A stretch of DNA of 64,000 nucleotides from Bacilli bacterium (lineage in GTDB: Bacteria; Bacillota_I; Bacilli_A; RF39; UBA660), in NCBI GenBank assembly GCA_017459425.1, contig JAFUCZ010000030.1, positions 83,651-147,650 of the forward strand. Reading direction: 5' to 3'. The stretch's first letter is position 1. Every line of letters starts with the position of its first letter. A model generated the notes under the pieces. It saw only the letters and a list, made by a program, of their open reading frames with translations, did no database searches and was not told where the DNA came from. The position numbers and the translations under genes were made by a program. Positions 20,561 to 28,318 of this stretch are shown piece after piece.

Positions 20561-21718
20561 ATGTTTTTACATAATTTTATATATGCACTTAAAATACTTT
20601 GTAAAAATAAAGTATTGATATTTTGGACGTTTGCATTCCCAATAATTTTAGGGACATTGTTTAATTTAGCGTTTTCTAATATTTCAAATAGTGAAAAGTT
20701 AGATGTTATTGATATAGCTGTTGCAGGTGAAAATATAAATTCTAATTTTAAAGAATCTATTGATATACTTAGTAATAAAGATAATTCTGATAAGTTATTT
20801 AATACAAAATATGTAACACTTAATGAGGCTAAAAAATTACTTGATGATGAAAAAATTGTTGGATATATTTATAATGAAAAGATTGTTGTTAAAAAAAGTG
20901 GAATTGAACAAACAATTTTTAAATATGTTGTTGATGAGATTAATAGTAAGATTAATATGTCTTCATCTATTTTTCAAGCTGAAATAAGTAAAGAAATAGA
21001 AAATGGTAATTATAATATTAATTATGAATTAATAAATAAAAAAGTTAATGATCAATTAAATACGAAAGTTAGTTTAAATGATACATCAAATAAAAATTTA
21101 GATTATGTAATGATAGAATTTTATACTTTAATAGCAATGGCTTGTTTATATGGTAGTCTACTTAGCATGACTTGTCTAAATAATATTATGCCAAATATGT
21201 CAAATGAAGGAAAAAGATTATCTATATCTAAAACAAAGAAAGTTAGTTTAATATTAAGTAATTTATGTGCTAGTTACTTAGTACAGTTAGTTGGTTTATT
21301 GATTTTGTTTACATATACAATTTTTGCTTTACATGTAAATTATGGTTCTAATTTAATTTATATTATATTATTATCACTTGCTGGAAGTTTAGCAGGGCTA
21401 TCACTTGGTGTAGTTGTATCAATTAAATTTAAAGTTGGTGAAAATGCAAAGATAGGTATATTAATTGGTATAGTCATGTTCTGGTGCTTTTTATCAGGTA
21501 TGATGGGTATTACAATGAAGTATATCGTTGATAAAAATATTCCAATTCTAAATAAAATTAATCCAGCTAATATGATAACTGATGGATTTTATTCGTTATA
21601 TTATTATGATACTTTAGATAGATATTTATTAAATGTAATTAGTTTAATTGTATTTAGTTTACTATTATTAGTTATATCTATATTAAATTTAAGGAGGCAA
21701 AAATATGACAGTATTTAA
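20561..21718 (+). CDS. ABC-2 type permease
   Basis: A multi-TM product, translationally coupled to the ATPase. Confidence 0.55.
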   Translation: MFLHNFIYALKILCKNKVLIFWTFAFPIILGTLFNLAFSNISNSEKLDVIDIAVAGENINSNFKESIDILSNKDNSDKLFNTKYVTLNEAKKLLDDEKIVGYIYNEKIVVKKSGIEQTIFKYVVDEINSKINMSSSIFQAEISKEIENGNYNINYELINKKVNDQLNTKVSLNDTSNKNLDYVMIEFYTLIAMACLYGSLLSMTCLNNIMPNMSNEGKRLSISKTKKVSLILSNLCASYLVQLVGLLILFTYTIFALHVNYGSNLIYIILLSLAGSLAGLSLGVVVSIKFKVGENAKIGILIGIVMFWCFLSGMMGITMKYIVDKNIPILNKINPANMITDGFYSLYYYDTLDRYLLNVISLIVFSLLLLVISILNLRRQKYDSI

Positions 21719-22850
21719 AGCATTCTTAAAAATACTAAATAGAAATAAAGGAATTGTTATTATGTATACAGTTATACTTTTAGTATTTGGTGTAACTAAT
21801 ATGAGTACAAATAATAGTAATAATTTATTTACAGCTAGTAAGCCTAGTGTATTAATTGTAAATGAAGATAATGGTAATATTTCAAAAAATTTAGTTAAAT
21901 ACTTTAATGAAAATAGTGAGATTAAAAAAATAGCAAATAATGAAGAAGCTCGTAATGATGCATTATTTTATCAAGATGTAAGTTATATAATATATATACC
22001 TAAAAATTATAGTAGTGATTTTCTATCAGGTAAAAATATAACTTTGGATATTAAAAAAACTGATACTTATAATGGAGCATATGCAGAAATGCTTTTAAAT
22101 AGGTATTTGAATGTTGCAAATATTTATCAAAAAAGTGTAAGTGATGAAAATGAACTTATAAATAAAATAAATGAAACTTTAAAAAAAGAAGTCAAAGTAG
22201 AAGTCACATCTAAATTAAATACAGGTGAGTTAGATAAAGCTAGTTTCTATTATAATTTTATGAGTTATAGTATGCTTGCTTGTTTAATATATGTAATATG
22301 TTTAATACTTCAAGTATTTAATCAAGATAAAATTTCTAAAAGAAATATTATTAGTAGTACAAATTATAAAAAAAGTAATAGAATTTTATTATTATCTAAC
22401 TTTTTATATTCATTTGTATTATGGTTATTTTACTTTATAGTAAGTATGTTTATTGTACCTGAAGTTATATTTAGTATGCATGGGGTACTGTATTTAATTA
22501 ATTCATTTATATTTATGATAACATGTATTACACTTTCATTTTTACTTGGAAATTTAATACGTAATAAAAACGCTATAAGTGGAGTAGTTAATGTAGTAGC
22601 ACTTGGTTCTAGTTTTCTTTGTGGAGTATTTGTTCCAGTTAATTTGTTACCAAGTTTTGTACTAAGTGTAGCTCATATATTTCCTACATTCTATTATGTA
22701 GAAGGTAATACTTTAATATCTTCTTTAGAAGATTTTAGTTTTATTAATTTAAAACCATTATTTATGAATTTCATTATTATGATTATATTTTGTATTGTAT
22801 TTATAATACTTACTAATATTGTATCTAAAAAAAGACAAAAAATAGGATAA
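21705..22850 (+). CDS. ABC-2 type permease
   Basis: A multi-TM product that overlaps the previous gene. Confidence 0.55.
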   Translation: MTVFKAFLKILNRNKGIVIMYTVILLVFGVTNMSTNNSNNLFTASKPSVLIVNEDNGNISKNLVKYFNENSEIKKIANNEEARNDALFYQDVSYIIYIPKNYSSDFLSGKNITLDIKKTDTYNGAYAEMLLNRYLNVANIYQKSVSDENELINKINETLKKEVKVEVTSKLNTGELDKASFYYNFMSYSMLACLIYVICLILQVFNQDKISKRNIISSTNYKKSNRILLLSNFLYSFVLWLFYFIVSMFIVPEVIFSMHGVLYLINSFIFMITCITLSFLLGNLIRNKNAISGVVNVVALGSSFLCGVFVPVNLLPSFVLSVAHIFPTFYYVEGNTLISSLEDFSFINLKPLFMNFIIMIIFCIVFIILTNIVSKKRQKIG

Positions 22851-22869
22851 TTATTTATCCTTTTTTTAT

Positions 22870-22897
22870 TGAAATAGTTTGAATTTATGATATAATA
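22870..22897 (+). promoter_or_regulatory. sigma-A-like promoter (TTGAAA-17-TATAAT)
   Basis: A near-consensus -35/-10 lies just upstream of the tRNA-like fragment. Confidence 0.45.
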
Positions 22898-22906
22898 ATT
22901 TTACTT

Positions 22907-22945
22907 GGTCCGTTGGTGAAGTGGCTTAACACATTGCCCTCTCAA
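22907..22945 (+). pseudogene. tRNA-Glu-like 5' half (acceptor/D-arm/anticodon loop CUCUCAA) with no T-arm or 3' half
   Basis: The sequence GGTCCGTTGGTGAAGTGGCTTAACACATTGCCCTCTCAA resembles Firmicute tRNA-Glu up to the anticodon loop. A hairpin CTCTCAAtttTTGAGAG follows. Confidence 0.3.
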
Positions 22946-23195
22946 TTTTTGAGAGAAATTTTTAAAACTTCATAATTTGAAAAAATGAATGTTTGAAAAC
23001 CCTTTATTTATAAGGGTAAATTGAATATCTAATTTTTGGACGAAAAATAAAAAACCAACTTGGACAGTTTAAAGTTGGCGAAATTTTTTTAAATGTTTTG
23101 AAAAAATTTGAAAAATTTTGAAAAAATCATCAAATTTTGGACTATTTTTGCCTCACGGTTAAATTCGTGGGGCATTTTTAATTTTTGCGATTTTT

Positions 23196-23465
23196 TTAAT
23201 TATTAACTGTTTCTTTTTTTTCTTTCATTAATTCTTCATATCCATCAAAGAATAATCTAATATCAAAGTTATATTTTTGTGCTAAGAAGAATAGAGTATC
23301 TATTGATATACCTGTATCGACATTTGGACTTTCAATATGAGATATAAAACTTCTACTCATATCTGTATCTTCAGCCATCTTTTCTTGAGATTTTCCTATT
23401 ATTTCTTTTCTAATTGTTTTCATATTTTTACCAATTAGATCAAATAATTCGTATGTGCTTTTCAT
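23196..23465 (-). CDS. XRE-family HTH regulator
   Basis: An HTH ...SQEKMAEDTDMSRSFISHIE is present. Confidence 0.7.
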   Translation of the reverse strand: MKSTYELFDLIGKNMKTIRKEIIGKSQEKMAEDTDMSRSFISHIESPNVDTGISIDTLFFLAQKYNFDIRLFFDGYEELMKEKKETVNN

Positions 23466-23608
23466 AATTGATTCCTCCTATATATAATTTTATAGGAAAT
23501 AGGGAATTAATACTGCTCCTTAATAGTGAGCAAAATTATTGTGTAAGATTTAATTATTTGTGCTATAATTGAAGTGGCATAAAAAAAGAATACAACTAAT
23601 TGTATTCA

Positions 23609-23869
23609 TTATCGTCTTGGTATTCGACGATTTTCAATGTTTTCTCTTATTTCAAATAATTGAAATAGTTCTACATTAAGTATTTTTGCGATGTGATCGA
23701 TATAATCGATTCTTGTATTTCTTTTAGCATTTTCTAAATTAGATACATAAGTAGGAGTAGTTCCAAGTCTATCTGCAAAATCTTCTTGGGACCAACCTTT
23801 TTGTAATCTAAAGTAAACGATATTATTTGCTAAAATATTACGAGCATTTGATGGTTTTATTATAATCAC
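23609..23869 (-). CDS. XRE-family HTH regulator
   Basis: An HTH ...WSQEDFADRLGTTPTYVSNLE is present. Confidence 0.7.
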   Translation of the reverse strand: MIIIKPSNARNILANNIVYFRLQKGWSQEDFADRLGTTPTYVSNLENAKRNTRIDYIDHIAKILNVELFQLFEIRENIENRRIPRR

Positions 23870-24017
23870 ATCCTTTCAATTACTTACTACTATTGTAATA
23901 AGTTTCTGATAATTCAACCATACTAACTATGTAGTAAGTTATAATGATTATAATAAGAACTAAATAGGAAAAATGTTGTATTTTGTGCTGATAATAAAAA
24001 AGGTAGATAGTGTGTGA

Positions 24018-24521
24018 TTGGAGCTAGATATGGATAAAGAAAAAATTAATGATTATGCTAGTAAATTATCAGAAGCTTTAGAAGATAAAATAAAAGTGAT
24101 TACTTCTATAAAGTATCACTATGATTTAGAAGAATTAGCATCTTCTATAAATAAATTATCTGAAAATGATGCAGAAGTTATTTTAGAACAATTAATTAAT
24201 GAAAGACTTGAAGAAATTAAGAATAGTCCAAATAAAGATAAATATAGAGAAAATATAAAATCAATTGATGAAATAACAGATTTTTTTATTTATAATAATG
24301 ACAAAAGTTCATCTGTAGAAGAAGGAAGTTTTGTTGTATCTGATCTAATAAATAAAGTAATAGGTATTAATGGTAGAAATATTAAACTTCCTTTAAAAAT
24401 TGAGTTTATTAAAGATTATTGTATAAGAAACATTATTGATAAAAAAGATATTAAAAAAACTTTATTATGGATTGTTTTAGAATTAACAGTAGTTAGTTAT
24501 TATTTAAATAATGTAGTATAG
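24018..24521 (+). CDS. hypothetical protein
   Basis: An ORF with an RBS. Confidence 0.3.
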   Translation: MELDMDKEKINDYASKLSEALEDKIKVITSIKYHYDLEELASSINKLSENDAEVILEQLINERLEEIKNSPNKDKYRENIKSIDEITDFFIYNNDKSSSVEEGSFVVSDLINKVIGINGRNIKLPLKIEFIKDYCIRNIIDKKDIKKTLLWIVLELTVVSYYLNNVV

Positions 24522-24665
24522 ATGTTTATATGTATTTAATAGTATCTACCTTTTTATATAACTATAGGATTTATTTCTTATAGTTTTTTCGTATTATATC
24601 TATTCTTAATTTATATAAAATAATTATGATTTATGATATAATTCTAAATAAAGCGAGTTGATTGT

Positions 24666-26366
24666 ATGTGTTCTGTTGATAAGAGTAAATATGTTGTTTT
24701 AGATGTTGAAACTAATGGGTTATCATCGTTAAAACATGATTTGTTATCTATTTCTATATATAAGCCAGATGATAAGAAAGAGTATAATAGATTTTTACCT
24801 TTGGAATTGAATGATTTTGTTGAAACAACATATATAAATGGAATTACTGATGAAGATTTAGAAGATAAAACACCTCTTACTCAATCAGAGTTTGATAACT
24901 TATTAAATGTTTTTGAACTTGATAAAAGAACTATATTAGTTTTTGGTAGTATTGATGAGAAATTTATGAAGAATTATATGAAAAGAAAAGGTTTAAAAGG
25001 GTTTGAAAAATTAATTTTTTATAATTTCAAACATGATATTATATCTAGTAGTTTTTCTTCTGGTGAAGTTTCAAAAGATAATTTGTGCATGATGTATGGT
25101 ATAGATGGAATTCAAAAAATTCATTCTGGGATAAATGACTGTATTTTGGAATGGAAATTATTTGAAAGAATGAATAATAAAAAACTTATTGTATTATATA
25201 ACGGTGTATATGAGTTAAGTGATGATTATATTGTTCCTGTTAGTTATTTATCAAATTATCCTAATTTTAAATATATGATTGATAATCTTCCTTTGATTAA
25301 TTATCGTTCTCAAATTATAAAAGAATTTACTATTACTAATTCAAAAATCAAAAAGTTTGAAACAAATATATCTGGTATTGCGATTGAACATTTAATAAAT
25401 ACTATGCTTGATGTAGTTGATAAAAATGAGGAATCATTTAAATTTCAATATGAAAACAAGTGTAAATTAAAATTTGTTGGTCATCTTAATACAAATATTC
25501 ATACGATACCTATTGTTACTAATTCTGATGGAACATTATCTGCTTTAAATGATGAAGATAAGCAAAAGGTTAAAGAGGTAAATAATGTAAATATTGTTTT
25601 AAAAAAAGAATTAAAACCGTTGATTGATTTTATTAAACATAATATTTTTGAAGATAATACTATTTTTTCTCAAGAGTTAGTTGTTGATTATAAGGATAAT
25701 GTTTTAGCAAAGTGCGACTTATCTAGTGAAAATGCAATAATGGAAATAAAGACATTTAATGCTGATTTAGAAAAAATAAAATATCAATTATATTATCAAT
25801 CAAAGGGTAGAAAAATTTATTTATTACATATTAAATGGGATAAGAAAAAGAGAGGATTAACATTTGTTGTATCTAAGGTTGATTTTGTTAATGAGGAGCA
25901 AATTCTTTTGGAAAGAAAGTATAGGCAGTTACTTAATAAAGAAATAAATTTAAATAAAAAGATAAAAAAACTTCAAGATGATATTGCTAATAAAGATATT
26001 ATTATTAAGGATTTTATTAATATGAGTACACCTGCTACTGTAAGATGCAAAAAGTGTAATCATGAATGGTCTATAAATTATAAGAAATTGTTTGAAAATC
26101 CTGTGTGTCCTAAATGTGAACCTCATAAGTTTTTGAATGATGTTGAGAAAAAGAACTTGAAAAATAAAAAAGAAAAAATAGATTATGGTAAAAAGTTATA
26201 TGATGATGTTTTTAATAAATCAAATGGTAAAATATATGTTTTGAAGTATTATGGTTCAAAATCAAATGCAGAAGTTGGTTGTTCTGTTTGTAATCATATT
26301 TGGAAAATTAGACCTGATCATTTGTTAAAAAGATGTTATTGCCCTAAATGTAGAAACAATAAATAA
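24666..26366 (+). CDS. DEDD-type 3'-5' exonuclease domain protein with C-terminal tandem Zn-ribbons
   Basis: An N-terminal VLDVETNG (Exo I motif) is present. CxxC...CxxC pairs occur twice at the C-terminus. Confidence 0.5.
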   Translation: MCSVDKSKYVVLDVETNGLSSLKHDLLSISIYKPDDKKEYNRFLPLELNDFVETTYINGITDEDLEDKTPLTQSEFDNLLNVFELDKRTILVFGSIDEKFMKNYMKRKGLKGFEKLIFYNFKHDIISSSFSSGEVSKDNLCMMYGIDGIQKIHSGINDCILEWKLFERMNNKKLIVLYNGVYELSDDYIVPVSYLSNYPNFKYMIDNLPLINYRSQIIKEFTITNSKIKKFETNISGIAIEHLINTMLDVVDKNEESFKFQYENKCKLKFVGHLNTNIHTIPIVTNSDGTLSALNDEDKQKVKEVNNVNIVLKKELKPLIDFIKHNIFEDNTIFSQELVVDYKDNVLAKCDLSSENAIMEIKTFNADLEKIKYQLYYQSKGRKIYLLHIKWDKKKRGLTFVVSKVDFVNEEQILLERKYRQLLNKEINLNKKIKKLQDDIANKDIIIKDFINMSTPATVRCKKCNHEWSINYKKLFENPVCPKCEPHKFLNDVEKKNLKNKKEKIDYGKKLYDDVFNKSNGKIYVLKYYGSKSNAEVGCSVCNHIWKIRPDHLLKRCYCPKCRNNK

Positions 26367-26447
26367 TTTTATGAATTAACCATATAATATAGACTATTAT
26401 TTAGGCTTTTGCTATAATTGTCATGGTATGATACAGGTGGTTTTATG

Positions 26448-26951
26448 GATAATATTTTTTTTAAAAAGATTACAATCAATGAAATATATAAATTGAAATC
26501 ACTTTTTCCTGGTACTGAGGAAGTATGGAAAAATTATAGAATTGGTAGATTGAATCAATTAAAAAAAGGCAATATAGATGTATGTGTTATTGAGTATAAT
26601 GGAAAATTTGTAGGGGAATTGACAATCAATTATGTTAGTCATGATTTACCTACTGAAACCATTCCTTATAAAAGAGTTTATTTAGAAACTTTGAGATTAA
26701 GTAAAGAATATCAAGGTAAAGGATTAGGACAAAGATTAGTTAAGTTTGCTTTAGATGATTTAGAAAATCGTGGGTATTGTGAATTTACTATTGGAGTTGA
26801 AGATAGTAATGAAATAGCAAAACATATATATTTTAAATATGGGTTTACTAATATAATAGATAAAGTTCATGTAGAACAGTATAAGCCTTGTGATTATACT
26901 TTATATATGCGAACAGCTAAAAAGAAAATAAAAGTAGGTAATACTATGTAG
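26448..26951 (+). CDS. GNAT-family N-acetyltransferase
   Basis: The motif Q.KGLGQRLV is an acetyl-CoA-binding motif. Confidence 0.6.
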   Translation, partial: DNIFFKKITINEIYKLKSLFPGTEEVWKNYRIGRLNQLKKGNIDVCVIEYNGKFVGELTINYVSHDLPTETIPYKRVYLETLRLSKEYQGKGLGQRLVKFALDDLENRGYCEFTIGVEDSNEIAKHIYFKYGFTNIIDKVHVEQYKPCDYTLYMRTAKKKIKVGNTM

Positions 26952-27036
26952 TTTATCTACTTTTTTTGTCATTATAATAAATAATATTTATCGATAAAAA
27001 TGCTGAATAAGATGACAATAAATTGATACAAAAAAG

Positions 27037-27065
27037 GTTCGTAGAACTATATCACTTCTACGAAC
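27037..27065. repeat. lox-like site 1A: GTTCGTAGAA-CTATATCAC-TTCTACGAAC flanked by A5/T5
   Basis: Perfect 10-bp inverted arms flank a 9-bp asymmetric centre. The site also has bidirectional terminator geometry. Confidence 0.8.
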
Positions 27066-27224
27066 TTTTTAATTTGTTTATGATAAGTCTATTATATTAT
27101 ATATTGCCCTTATTTTCAATATTTTGGTAATGTTTTTTTTAAAAACTATTGACATATTTTGGTAATGTTTTTTTTAAAAACTTGTTCAGTAATTTACAAT
27201 ATTATGTCGGAAGGAGGGAGATTT

Positions 27225-28157
27225 ATGATTTTTAAAAGGATAACATTTAAATATGTTATGTATGAATGGTTAGAAGGTAGAAAGGGTAACATCAAGGAAT
27301 CAAGTTTCAACAAGTATATGTTCTGTATTGAAAAATATCTAGATCCGTATTTAGGAGAGTATGAATTTAAAAAGATAAAGGAGAAGAATATTTTCAATTT
27401 CTATGAAGAAGATGAAATAAATAAACTTAGTAATTCAACTAAGAATATATTATTGATAATTATTCAATCATGTATTAGTTATGGTGTTGAAAAAAAGTAT
27501 CGAAGAAACTCATTAGAATTGGATATTAAATTTCAAAAGAAAAGGAATGAAATTACTTACTTTACTCAAAAAGAACAAAATATAATCGAAGAACACATTA
27601 ATAAAAATATGAATATAAGAAATTTAACTATACTTTTTTCTTTATATACAGGTGTTAGAATTGGTGAATTGTGTGCTTTAAAAGGTACTGATATTGATTT
27701 TATTAATAATACTATAAGTATTGATAAAACTGTTTTGAGAGTAAAGAATCCAGAAGGTAAGCCTAAAACAAAACTAATTATTGGAAAACCAAAAACGAAA
27801 ACATCAATAAGGATTATACCAGCACCAGCATTTATAATAAATCATTTAAAGAAGTATATTAAAGATAAAAATGATTTTATTTTTACTGGTAATGATAAAC
27901 CAAAAGATCCGAGAACATTAGAAAAATATTTTTCTGAATTATTGGATAGATTAAACATTAAACAAATTAATTTTCATTCTTTAAGACATACTTTTGCGAC
28001 TAGGTTAAGAGAACAAAAAGTAGATATTAAAGTTATAAGTGAATTGCTGGGACATTCCTCTTGGAAATTTACACAAGACATATATGTTCATGCTTCATTT
28101 GAGTCAAAAAAGAACTCAATAAATATACTTGGTAAGTCAAGAAAGAAAAGTTCGTAG
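27225..28157 (+). CDS. tyrosine site-specific recombinase (phage-integrase family)
   Basis: The C-terminal HSLRHTFATRL...LGHSS...DIYVH carries the catalytic R/H/Y. The RBS GGAGGGAG is present. The stop codon lies inside site 1B. Confidence 0.8.
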   Translation: MIFKRITFKYVMYEWLEGRKGNIKESSFNKYMFCIEKYLDPYLGEYEFKKIKEKNIFNFYEEDEINKLSNSTKNILLIIIQSCISYGVEKKYRRNSLELDIKFQKKRNEITYFTQKEQNIIEEHINKNMNIRNLTILFSLYTGVRIGELCALKGTDIDFINNTISIDKTVLRVKNPEGKPKTKLIIGKPKTKTSIRIIPAPAFIINHLKKYIKDKNDFIFTGNDKPKDPRTLEKYFSELLDRLNIKQINFHSLRHTFATRLREQKVDIKVISELLGHSSWKFTQDIYVHASFESKKNSINILGKSRKKSS

Positions 28158-28178
28158 AAGTGATATAGTTCTACGAAC
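28150..28178. repeat. lox-like site 1B: GTTCGTAGAA-GTGATATAG-TTCTACGAAC (exact inverse of 1A)
   Basis: The central 9 nt is the reverse complement of the 1A centre. Confidence 0.8.
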
Positions 28179-28230
28179 CATCTCTTGATATTTAAAATAT
28201 ATTGTGTTTTTAAGAGATTTAGGAGGAAGT

Positions 28231-28317
28231 ATGACAAATCAAGAATTGATAGAACTTATTTTAAAAATGGATAAGATTAAATATGAGCTTAAAGATTTAG
28301 AATTGAGGTTGAAATAG
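28231..28317 (+). CDS. small ORF (28 aa, MTNQELIELILKMDKIKYELKDLELRLK) possibly translationally coupled to the next gene
   Basis: An RBS AGGAGGAAG is present. The stop lies 1 nt before the next ATG. Confidence 0.25.
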   Translation: MTNQELIELILKMDKIKYELKDLELRLK

Positions 28318-28318
28318 T

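Noticed and set aside
22907-22945. Intact tRNA gene
   Set aside because: Only the acceptor 5' strand, D-arm and anticodon loop are recognisable. There is no anticodon 3' stem, T-arm or acceptor 3' strand.
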